In this document: piece by piece, positions 52,569 to 64,000 of the stretch
Layout: the number at the start of each line of letters is the position of its first letter
Position numbering within the stretch: the first letter of the stretch is position 1
NCBI GenBank assembly: GCA_951406725.2
Contig: OX597828.1
Location: 19,592,001-19,656,000, forward strand
Length of the DNA stretch: 64,000 nt
From: Octopus vulgaris
Lineage: Eukaryota
Direction of reading: 5' to 3'
The notes under the pieces: model-generated
What the model was told of the DNA's origin: nothing
Database searches by the model: none
Seen by the model: only the letters and a program-made list of their open reading frames with translations
Position numbers and translations under genes: made by a program

Positions 52569-54391
52569 ACCTCCAAACAAAAGAGGGACTCATGAAAACC
52601 AAAGACATCCCCATTAGAAGAGGAATATTCCAGGGAGACACGCTCTCTCCACTCCTTTTCTGCTTGGCACTGTCACCTCTATCTGATATGCTAAATAGAA
52701 CTGGATGCGGATATAAATGTTACGGCAAAACGATCAGCCACCTTTTATATATGGATGACCTAAAACTATACGCTGAAAATGACAAACAGCTGGAAACACT
52801 ATTAAAGACAGTTCATGGATTTACCAAAGAAATAGATATGAAATTTGGATTAGAAAAATGCGCCAAAGTAACCATGAAAAGAGGAAAACTAGTTAAGAGT
52901 AACAACATCACACTAGATAAAACCAATGAAATAAAAGAATTAGACCAAAGCCAAACTTACAAATACTTAGGAATCCATGAACTAGATAAGACACAACACA
53001 CACAAATGAAAGAGAAAATAAAAAAAGAATATTATAGACGAGTTAGATCAATACTAAACACAGAGCTCAATGCTAAAAACAAGATAATAGGTATCAACAC
53101 TTTAGCTGTCCCAGTTATAAGTTACAGCTACAATATCCTTAACTGGACACGAAATGAACTGACCAAAATAGATAGGAAAACAAGAAAAATAATGACAGGA
53201 TCTAGGATGCATCACCCAAAATCTGACATAGAAAGACTATATATACAACGTATAGAAGGTGGTAGAGGCCTTATACAGCTGGAAAACTACTATAAAATAA
53301 CCACCATAGGACTGCAAAAATATCTACTTCAGAAGGAAGGAAAACTGATCCAGATAGCGGCAAAACACGAGCAAAACAAAAAACTGTTCTCAGTATTTAA
53401 GGAAGCTGACAAATACAAACAAGAAATCATACCACCTAATAAACATGAAGAAGAAGAAGAAGAAGATGAAGAAACAACAAAAGCTATAAAACAAATGAAA
53501 TCCAAACTAAAAACAGAACAGCAACGAACCATGATAAAACGATGGCAAGAAAAGCCCCTTCATGGTAAATACTGCACTAAACTAAACGCAAAAGAAATAG
53601 ACAAAGAAAAATCCCAGCAATGGTTGAGAAGCTCAGGACTCAAAGCAGAAACAGAGGGATTTTTAATTGCAGCACAAATTACCAAAAACATGTAATGAAA
53701 AGAAATATTACAAGTAACTGCAGAATATGTGGAGATGGACAAGAAACAATAAATCATATTATCTCTAGCTGCCCAGTCCTGGCTAAGAAGGAATATATTC
53801 ACAGACATGACAGAGTTGGAACCTACATACATTGGAAGCTATGCCAACATTATGGAATAACAACAGCAAAATGATGGTATAGGCACACACCAGAAAAGGT
53901 CACAGAAAACGAGAAAGCAACCATACTCTGGGATATGCCGATACACACAAATAGAGAAATTAAGGCCAACAGACCAGATATAGTTGTCAGAGATCATGAA
54001 GAAAAAAAATGCTTTTTAATTGATGTATCAATACCGGCAGATGACAACGTGTCTCTAAAAGAAATGGAGAAACTCTCAAAATACAAAGACCTGGAAATAG
54101 AGGTAACTAGAATGTGGAATCTGAAAACAGAAACAATTCCTATCATAGTAGGTGCATTAGGCATGATAAAAAAATATTCAGACAAATACATAACAAAAAC
54201 ACCAGGACTTACAAACACATATAACATACAGAAAATTGCACTACTAGGCACTGCCCACATCCTACGCAGAACACTTTCCATACAATAACCATCAGAGCAT
54301 CACAACAAATCACAGCACATACCCAAGGCACACAGAGCTGCGCTCGGTAGTGAAGTGAAAGCACGCTATAAAAATAAAAATAAAACTACTG
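52567..54391 (+). mobile_element. 5'-truncated R4/Dong-type RLE non-LTR retrotransposon, copy 1, in (TAA)n
   Basis: Flanked by (AAT)n at 52508-52566 and 54392-54409; RT, CCHC and RLE motifs; 3' UTR of about 100 bp. Confidence 0.93.
52592..54288 (+). pseudogene. Reverse transcriptase / RLE endonuclease ORF, disrupted
   Basis: GIFQGDTLSPLLF, HLLYMDDLKLY, YKYLG; CRICGDGQETINHIISSC, RHD, RPDIVV...IDVSIP...KLSKY; 22-bp deletion near 53677 and TGA at 53872-53874 relative to copy 2. Confidence 0.92.
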
Positions 54392-54409
54392 AATAATAAT
54401 AATAATAAT

Positions 54410-55204
54410 CCCAGCAATGGTTGAGAAGCTCAGGACTCAAAGCAGAAACAGAGGGATTTTTAATTGCAGCACAAGACCAAAGCCTCCCCACCAGAAATTA
54501 CCAAAAACATGTAATGAAAAGAAATATTACAAGTAACTGCAGAATATGTGGAGATGGAAAAGAAACAATAAATCATATTATCTCTAGCTGCCCAGTCCTG
54601 GCTAAGAAGGAATATATTCACAGACATGACAGAGTTGGAACCTACATACATTGGAAGCTATGCCAACATTATGGAATAACAACAGAAAAAAGATGGTATA
54701 GGCACACACCAGAAAAGGTCACAGAAAACGAGAAAGCAACCATACTCTGGGATATGCCGATACACACAGATAGAGAAATTAAGGCCAACAGACCAGATAT
54801 AGTTGTCAGAGATCATGAAGAAAAAAAATGCTTTCTAATTGATGTATCAATACCGGCAGATGACAACGTGTCTCTAAAAGAAATGGAGAAACTCTCAAAA
54901 TACAAAGACCTGGAAATAGAGGTAACTAGAATGTGGAATCTGAAAACAGAAACAATTCCTATCATAGTAGGTGCATTAGGCATGATAAAAAAATATTCAG
55001 ACAAATACATAACAAAAACACCAGGACTTACAAACACATATAACATACAGAAAATTGCACTACTAGGCACTGCACACATCCTACGCAGAACACTTTCCAT
55101 ACAATAACCATCAGAGCATCACAACAAATCACAGCACATACCCAAGGCACACAGAGCTGCGCTCGGTAGTGAAGTGAAAGCACGCTATAAAAATAAAACT
55201 ACTG
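54410..55204 (+). mobile_element. 5'-truncated R4/Dong-type LINE, copy 2
   Basis: Near-identical to about 53613-54391; followed by (AAT)n. Confidence 0.93.
54421..55107 (+). CDS. Open C-terminal fragment of the LINE protein (CCHC zinc knuckle plus restriction-like endonuclease); no native start codon
   Basis: AAQDQSLPTRNY, CRICGDGKETINHIISSC, RHDRV, NRPDIVV, LIDVSIP, KLSKYKDL, QKIALLGTAHILR. Confidence 0.75.
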   Translation: MRSSGLKAETEGFLIAAQDQSLPTRNYQKHVMKRNITSNCRICGDGKETINHIISSCPVLAKKEYIHRHDRVGTYIHWKLCQHYGITTEKRWYRHTPEKVTENEKATILWDMPIHTDREIKANRPDIVVRDHEEKKCFLIDVSIPADDNVSLKEMEKLSKYKDLEIEVTRMWNLKTETIPIIVGALGMIKKYSDKYITKTPGLTNTYNIQKIALLGTAHILRRTLSIQ

Positions 55205-55351
55205 AATAATAATAATAATAATAATAACAATAATCATAATAATAATAATAATAATAAACATTATATTATTAATAATAATAATCATCATCATCATTATATT
55301 ATTATTATTAATAATGATAATAATAATAATAATAATCACTATATTAATAAA

Positions 55352-55402
<51 letters not shown>

Positions 55403-55429
55403 CATTATTATTACTACCATTTTTATTAT

Positions 55430-55832
55430 GAAGGTGGTGATTTGGCTGAATCGTCAGCACGTCAGGCAAAATGCTCAGCAGCATTTCATCTGTCTTCACG
55501 TTCTGAGTTCAAATTCCGTCGAGGTCGACTATGCCTTTTATCCTTCGGGGTCGATAAATTAAGTACCAGTGACACATTGGGGTCGATGTAATCAACTAGT
55601 CCCCCCGCCCCGCAAACTTTCAGGTCTTAGCTTTTAGTAGAAATGATTATCATTGTTATTATTAGTATTTATGAATTCAAATTCCGCCGGGGTCGACTTT
55701 GCCTTTCATGCTTTCGGGTTTGATAAATAATTAAATACCAGTCAAGTACTGGGGTCTATGTGATCGATTAGCCCCCCACCCCACCTCCACAAACTCCAAT
55801 CCTTGTGTTTATAGTAAAAAGGATTATTATTA
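55430..55832 (+). mobile_element. Two tandem diverged family-B SINEs
   Basis: ttctgagttcaaattccgtcgaggtcgac... and ttcaaattccgccggggtcgactttgcc..., each ending in an att tail. Confidence 0.78.
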
Positions 55833-56332
55833 GTATCTATTGTTTATTTATTCGATTATTTATTGGTACACTCCATGCCATTTGTATACACGGTGTAAAT
55901 TTCTATTTCCTAGTTGTTAACCAGAAAGAAGGAAATAAAATTGCTTTCGCCATGAACTTTGTATACGATTTATTCACTGAAGCGCTAGAACAAGTCTTAA
56001 CTTAACAACCCTCATAACTCATCGGATTCCAAGTTTTAAATTCTCGTTATACATAGTAAAACAGTGTAAAAATATAACATAAACTAACGCAGTATTTCGA
56101 TAAATCATCGACGAACGTTAGTGATATTATTCGTGGAGTTAAGACGTAAAACAGATTTTAAAAGTAAAACAGGCTGATGATATTGACAATATGTAAACTG
56201 CATCTCATAATTCCAGGTATGTTTGTACCAACACACACGTTTATGTGTATACATACGCATATATATATATGAATGAGTGTTTATAAATGTGTAACAGGTT
56301 TTGTTGAATTTTCTGCTGCTTTAAATAAAGTT

Positions 56333-56426
<94 letters not shown>

Positions 56427-56630
56427 CATACATACATATAATTGTAAAAAATGGAGTCCATTATCTATTCACACACAACAGATGCCCAAATGCAAACCTG
56501 GAAGTACATATAATACTACTATTACTACTAGATGGCACAGGGTGAAATGTGAAGGTGGACGAGCTCTATACTGTACTTCGCTACGTTCTTAACAGAATAT
56601 ACCATAACTATATATATACGTATATATATT

Positions 56631-56676
<46 letters not shown>

Positions 56677-56794
56677 GATATGTAGAAAAATACAGACTGA
56701 GACAAGAACGCATAAAAACTTAGAAGACGATACAACAAACACAGACAGGACATTCGAAGCCCTCAGTTTTCAGTCAAGAACCGGATCATCGTAT

Positions 56795-56866
<72 letters not shown>

Positions 56867-56970
56867 ATGTATGTATATACATATACATATATAAATATAT
56901 TTATACATACATATATACATATATATATATATACATATATATAAACATACATATATATATGTACACACAC

Positions 56971-57007
<37 letters not shown>

Positions 57008-57108
57008 CATGTATATATACATACATATATATATATGTACACATATATATATATACATATATACCTATGTATATATACATACATAGATATATATGTACAC
57101 ACACACGC

Positions 57109-57162
<54 letters not shown>

Positions 57163-57163
57163 T

Positions 57164-57202
<39 letters not shown>

Positions 57203-57508
57203 CATATATATATATATGTCCAAGATCTTCACTGACTCCGAGTAGAGGCACCTATTAGGGTTCCCTATAGGTTAATTAGCATGTCACGAAATTGCTCCCG
57301 GAAGAAAGTTGCTTACAGACACCCCAACGGATCCAGGGTAGATGAAACCTTCCACCTACCCTGGGTTCTTTAGCTTTTCATCTAAGATATGGTAACACCA
57401 TCGAAATCTTGCATCTTATCAACGGCTGCGCTCGTGACACTTGTTTTACCAGACCTTTTTCTCTGTAAGAATATGGTAAATTCGCTGAATGGGCAAGAAA
57501 TTCGTTTT

Positions 57509-57676
57509 AAGGCGGCGAGCTGGCAGAATCGTTAGCATGCCGGGCGAAATGCTTTGCGGTATTTCGTCTGCCGCTACGTTCTGAGCTCAATTTCTGCCGA
57601 GGTCGACTTTGCTTTTCATCCTTTCGGGGTCGATAAATTAAGTACCAGTTACGCATGGGGTCGATGTAATCGACTT
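57509..57676 (+). mobile_element. SINE family B, 3'-truncated
   Basis: aggcggcgagctggcagaatcgttagcatgccgggcgaaatgc...gtcgatgtaatcgactt. Confidence 0.88.
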
Positions 57677-57963
57677 GTATACATCGTGCAGGCTGTTCTG
57701 TACACCGAAACAACAGCAGCAACACCATGACTCTTTATTGTTCGTCTGGAGTATACGTTTGGTTTCTAAGGTCTAGCTTTGTCGCACGCAGTAACATACT
57801 GATTCTGCCTGAAACCTATATTAAAAGTATAAGTATCTGCTACTCTGAATCAGAGAAGACATTGGAAATAGTAGTGGCTAAGAGGTAATTCCAGACTCCC
57901 GAACCAGAGTCTCATTTGATGTAATTTAAAGTGATACTCAGGAAAATCATCTTATATTGGTCG

Positions 57964-58242
57964 GGCACTCCGTCGGTAACGACGACGAATGTTCCAGTTG
58001 ATCCGATCAACGGAATAGCCAGTTGGTGAAATTAACGTAATTCTCAACGATATTCTCAGCGTGTAACATAGAATGTGACAAAGTTGGCCCCTTGATTTAC
58101 TGATACAACTCATTTTTGCCAGTTGAGTGGACTGGAATGACGTGAAATAAAATGTCTGGCACAAGGACACAACCCGCAGCCGGGAATCGAACTCACGACG
58201 TTACGATCGTGAACCGAATACACTAACCACTAGGCCACACGA
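57964..58242 (-). mobile_element. SINE family C, diverged
   Basis: ggcactccgtcggtaacgacgacg...ggaatcgaactcacgac...ctaaccactaggccacacg. Confidence 0.82.
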
Positions 58243-58382
58243 TTTCACCGTCTTATTTTACAGTGTAAATAAATGCCTGAGTATTCCATAGACAGTTTTG
58301 TCTTTAACTTAATACTTATGCATATTCACCATGACAATCTGACATGGCTGTCCTTTTGAGTTACTGTTCACCTGAGAAGATT

Positions 58383-58441
<59 letters not shown>

Positions 58442-58532
58442 AATATATATATATATGTAAATATATATATATATATGTACACACATATATATATATATAC
58501 ATACATATATATATGTACACACACATATATAT

Positions 58533-58575
<43 letters not shown>

Positions 58576-58676
58576 GAGTTCGGATCGGTCTGAGGCTATA
58601 GGCTGTAGCAAGAGACACTGGCCCACAGTATTACGCAGCTGGATAGAACTTGGCTCTCATAACTATAAAGCGAATT

Positions 58677-59268
58677 CCTTTTTTCTTTATTGCCCACAAG
58701 GCAAGGGGATAAACATAGAGGGGACAAACAAGGACAGACAAAGGGATTAAGTTGATTACATCGACCCCGTGCGTAACTGGTACTTAATTTATCGACCCCG
58801 AAAGGATGAAAAGCAAAGTCGACCTCGGCGGAATTTGAACTCAGAACGTAATGACAGACGAAATACCTATTTCTTTACAACCTACAAGGGGCTAAACACA
58901 GAGAGGACAAACAAGGACAGAAAATGGATTAAGTCGATTATATCGACTCCAGTGCGTAACTGGTACTTTTTTTATCGACCCCCGAAAGGATGAAAGGCAA
59001 AGTCGAATTCGGCGGAATTTGAACTCAGAACGTAACGGCAGACGAAATACCTATTTCTTTACAACCTACAAGGGGGCTAAACACAGAGAGGACAAACAAG
59101 GACAGAAAATGGATTAAGTCGATTATATCGACCCCAGTGCGTAACTGGTACTTCTTTTTATCGACCCCGAAAGGATGAAAGGCAAAGTCAACCTCGACGG
59201 AATTTGAACTCGGAACGTAGCGGCAGACGAAATACCGCAAAGCATTTCGCCCTGCCAGCTCGCCGACT
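58677..59268 (-). mobile_element. SINE family B trimer with 11-bp TSD, apparently inserted in a decayed family-A head
   Basis: Three bodies joined at cagacgaaatacctatttcttt (near 58865 and 59050); TSD taaagcgaatt at 58666-58676 and 59269-59279. Confidence 0.88.
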
Positions 59269-61434
59269 TAAAGCGAATTTCTTGCCCATTCAGCGAATTT
59301 CTTTACCATTCAGCAACGCTTATGAGAAGCTGCTTATAATTACAAGCACAAAGAATCTCAAACACAAAAGTAAAACTCTAGGATGTTAAACATAAATATA
59401 TGACAGCCTGTTTGACTGAGTTTAACAGCTTAGTTAATATTTTAATTAATTTATCATAAAAGATAAAATGTAGTTAGTGATTTCCATTTTTGTGTAACTT
59501 GCAGACACATAGTTTTAACTGCTTTGTAAATATTTTAACTAATTTATAATAAAAGACAGAACTGTGTAGAGAAAAATCAAACAACGATTTGGCTTGTTTC
59601 GTAAACATTGATTATAAAATTTGGACTTCTAAGCTTCAGTAACTTTTTGTGAGTCCACATCAGAGACTCAATCCACATGAGAGACTCAAACAAACAAACA
59701 AAACGGTGGCACCTAATATTTTAATGCTTGAGTATGTTTGGCAAAGGAGAAAGCTGGACACGGTTATCCTAAATCAGATGATATAAATACATACATACAT
59801 TATGACTGCTTCCTCCTTCTCAAGTATAGCCGTCGCTAGAAGCATTTCGGAATTGGTCTATGAAGATTACGATGCTGGTATGCTAAGTAATACGCGTACA
59901 TATAAATTTGAACTCAGATTTGACTCGGCAGGATTCGACTCGGCAGGATTTGAACGCAAGAAGTCGAAGCAAATGCCTCGACGACTGTTTTCTTCGTTTT
60001 TTTTTTACCTTTTCTTGTGGTCACCTTATGTTTACTTCACTCATTCTTTTCTCATTGCTATATGACGATGGGCGTAGTGCTATAGGGTGGATGATCATGG
60101 TTGTCTGATCACCGAGTCTAGTGTTGGTGTTGGGGACTATGTGAGTTTTACAGCCTTCCTTAGAAATGAGATTGGTTGTGCTACGGAAACAGTACTTTCT
60201 GGGATCTGACGTTGGCGAGGTTTTGCACACAACAGATTGGATTTCTTATTTGTACTTGCGGCGGCATTCGACAGGGGTTGGTTGAGCCGGTTTCGACTAA
60301 CGACTCATGTTCGGAGTTTCAGCGAGAATACAAGTTCACATGAAGTCGCCGGTCACAAGTATACAAGCTTCGGGACAGCTCATCCTGCCGTCGATTGTCG
60401 GTCGTCGAAGAGAATTCGCTAACCAAGTCACTGCCGATTATCAGAGCAGAAGTAGCCTGGGTCTGAAGCGGGTTCTATAGACACGCTTTAGCAAAAGCTA
60501 ATAGGTGCCTCACTCCCAGAGCAGACTGGAGTTCGTTCAAAGCATCCAAGATGCCAGATAGTAATGTTAAGCAGGGCGGTGCGTTACGTCTACGACTTAA
60601 ATAGTCTTTGGCGGAATTTGAACTCAGAACGTAGAGAGACGAAAACAAATACCACAGAGTACTTGATCTGACATTCTTGCAATTCCGTTAATCCAGTGCA
60701 TTGGATTAATACGTTTATACCCACCACAAAAGAATGAAAAGTAAAAATGAGCTCGATGGGATTTTGAAACTGAGGACAGCCGGAGAGAATTACTGAACGA
60801 ATATTCTAACCACGCTTACGTTTCACTGTCTGTTGCCAAGGTCGAGCAGAAGGACAAGTATACTAACATGCACTCACTATAAGATCATTCCGACATAGCA
60901 TCTTACATTCAAACAATGTTTCACTGGAATTTGATCTCAGCACCTTGAGTGAAGAACTCAACTACAGCAAGAGGATCTTAATTAAGCTCGGCTTTTTTTC
61001 CCCCTGCTTCATGCAATATTATGAATATAATTATTTATAGAGAGAAGAAAATGAGGTAGGATGTCACATGTGGAAGCAACAATGACTGATATTAGATGAA
61101 GTCCTGCTGCAGAAGATTTATGATTAAATGACAGAAAGTAAATGTGGAGGCAATAATATATATATACATATATGTATATATTAAACAGACATATGCATAA
61201 ATGGATATCTATATATTTATGTATTTATGGAAATAGCAATGTTATAGCAATATGCATAATTTTAATGAGAATTGTATTGGAAGAGCGATACCTACAAAAT
61301 ATAGCATTCACTTTATTAATATATCGGTGTATGCATCACCCTCTCTCCTCTCTCTCTCCACTGTTGGTCTCTCTCTCTCTCCTCCTTTCGCTCTCTCTAT
61401 GGATATACGTGTATGATATTTATGTGTATACACA

Positions 61435-61476
<42 letters not shown>

Positions 61477-61517
61477 CGCTTACGTGTATATACTTATATA
61501 TATATGCACGTATGTAT

Positions 61518-61551
<34 letters not shown>

Positions 61552-61797
61552 TGAAGAGAACGGTACATATACAAGCATACATATACATATATGCTAAAAT
61601 ATTGTGACGTTAATTTCAATATAATATTTAAAATTGAAAATAAGTTTATTTATTGGAATACGACATTTATATTAATACACAAACACACACACATACACGT
61701 TGGATTCTCTTGTGATCAACAAATGAGGGTTCAATAAAATAAAGCGTTTATCATGTTCTATATACGCATATACACTCGCATAAACAAATACCTATTC

Positions 61798-61877
<80 letters not shown>

Positions 61878-61957
61878 GTCTGTCTCTTTTCTGTCTGTCT
61901 CTCTATCTGTCAGTCTCTCTATCTATGTCTGTCTCTCTTTTTATATCTGTCTCTTGT

Positions 61958-62236
61958 AAGGTCCAGAGTTCAATCCCCGGCGACGCGATGTGTCCTTGAG
62001 TAAGACACTATATTCCACGTTGCTCCAGTTCACTCGGCTGGCAAAAATGAGTAGTACCTGTATTTCAAATGGCCGGCCTTGTCACACTCTGTGTCATGCT
62101 GAATCTTCCTAAGAACTACATTAAGGGTATACGTGTCTGTGGAGTGCTCAGTCACTGGCAAATTAATTTCACGAGTAAGATCTTCCGTTGATCGTATCAG
62201 CAAGGACCCTCGTCGACGTAACCGACGGAGTGCTCC
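61958..62236 (+). mobile_element. SINE family C, head partly missing
   Basis: gagttcaatcccc...tgtgtccttgagtaagacact...gtaaccgacggagtgc. Confidence 0.82.
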
Positions 62237-62494
62237 TATGTGAATGTACTTATGTATGTAAGTATATAGACACATAAAACACACATATAAAGTCATACAT
62301 ATATGCTTCAGGTATGTTCTCACTGTGTTCTTTGGATATTCTATTGTCTTGAACTTATGTTTCATCTGATGATTACGGCTTTTTTGGAGTGATGTAATGT
62401 ACTCATTCTTCTATTCAAAAATGCGTTAGAAACAGCTGTAATGAGCTGACATTTACCCATCCTCTGTTATTAGCCTATTTTCACATACATACGT

Positions 62495-62556
<62 letters not shown>

Positions 62557-63170
62557 ACCTACATACTACATTCCTGTATGCATACACATATACTCATTCG
62601 CTCAGCACACACATATATAACTACGTGCATGTATACATTTTATATGTATGTAGACACAAACACATAAATACACCAATATTACTGTCTGTACATACATACA
62701 CACGTACGCACGCATACACACATATCATTTATATGTACACACACACATACACACATATATCTGCACATACAAAGCCATATACTATTTACATGTAAGACAC
62801 AAGTATATATATATATATATATACCAGTACATACAATATATGTACATACATACATACATACATACATACATACATACTCAAAATCTGTCAGGTATGTGAT
62901 TGATTACTGTAACAGTGAATGGATCATGTAGTACTCTCTCACCTGTAATTTTCTCCTGATAATCAGAGAAACAAACACACGCACACACAGACAGACACAC
63001 ATGCACACATGCACACGTATACACAACCACACAGATGCACACATATACACACACACAAAGAAGCCCATTGAGGAAAACAAATTGGTACAAAAATACGCGT
63101 ACATACACATACTAACGTCTATATATGCCAAAACACAGACGCACATACATATACAAATTCATTGAGATCG

Positions 63171-63214
<44 letters not shown>

Positions 63215-63521
63215 TTATATACACACACACAGACCTAGATGTTTGCTACCTAAAACAGAGTGGCAGGAATAAACGCATACCTATACACCTAAATATACAC
63301 ACACTCACAGACGTCTATATATACCGAAATACACACACATGCGTATATACATTCAGATAAATAAACATATGTACACACGCAAATATGCAGACGTTCACTG
63401 AAGAAAGCAAATACACACATACACGCAGATAAAATTTAAGCATACATACTGACACACATACACATACACACCAAACCACATGCATGCGCACAAACACATA
63501 TATTTATACACATACATATAT

Positions 63522-63705
63522 TCTTTTACTTGATTCAGTCATTTGACAGTGCCCATGCTGGAGCACCGTCTTGAGTCGAACAAATCGACATATTCTTTGT
63601 CAGCCTAATATTTAGTCTGTTCATCTCTTTTGCCGAACCGCTATGATACGGGGACGTAAACACACTAATATCGGTTGTCAAGCGATGGTGACTAGCAAAC
63701 AGAGA
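63522..63705 (-). mobile_element. SINE family A, 3' half
   Basis: ttcagtcatttgacagtgcccatgctggagcaccg...tcggttgtcaagcgatgg. Confidence 0.8.
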
Positions 63706-64000
63706 CATACATACATACATACATACATACATACATACATACATACATACATACATACATACATGCATGCATACATACATACATACATGCATGCATGCAT
63801 ACATACATACATACATACATACATACATGCATGCATACATACATACATACATGCATACATGCATACATACATACATAATACATACAAACATGCATACATA
63901 CATACATACATGCATATATAAATACATTAATACATACAAACATACATACATACATGCATGCATACATACATACATATAAACATACATACATACATACATA

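Noticed and set aside
56524-56540. CTCF-like motif actagatggcac (similar strings near 40345 and 44175)
   Set aside because: Short matches are expected by chance in 64 kb; no supporting evidence

Overview
AT-rich, extremely microsatellite-dense animal DNA; the SINE repertoire and (TA)n/(TACA)n/(TAGA)n/(TAA)n load most resemble an octopus (cephalopod) genome, an inference from repeat recognition and not from a search. No host protein-coding exon can be supported, and nearly all ORFs in the track are translated microsatellites. The window is a transposon landscape: three recurring tRNA-headed SINE groups (labelled A-C here), two young tandem 5'-truncated R4/Dong-type RLE LINEs in (TAA)n (52567-55204) plus older relics, decayed mariner and Tc1 transposons, mariner and piggyBac-like MITEs, and a decayed Penelope-like element (PLE). 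The most interesting signals are short non-coding elements combining hammerhead-ribozyme-like cores, inverted partial duplications and microsatellite targets (15835-16365 with a tRNA/pol III head; 32693-33106 with a recurrent non-canonical core), and SINE trimers bounded by single target-site duplications. All alignments and translations were done by eye, so ends of decayed elements are approximate.
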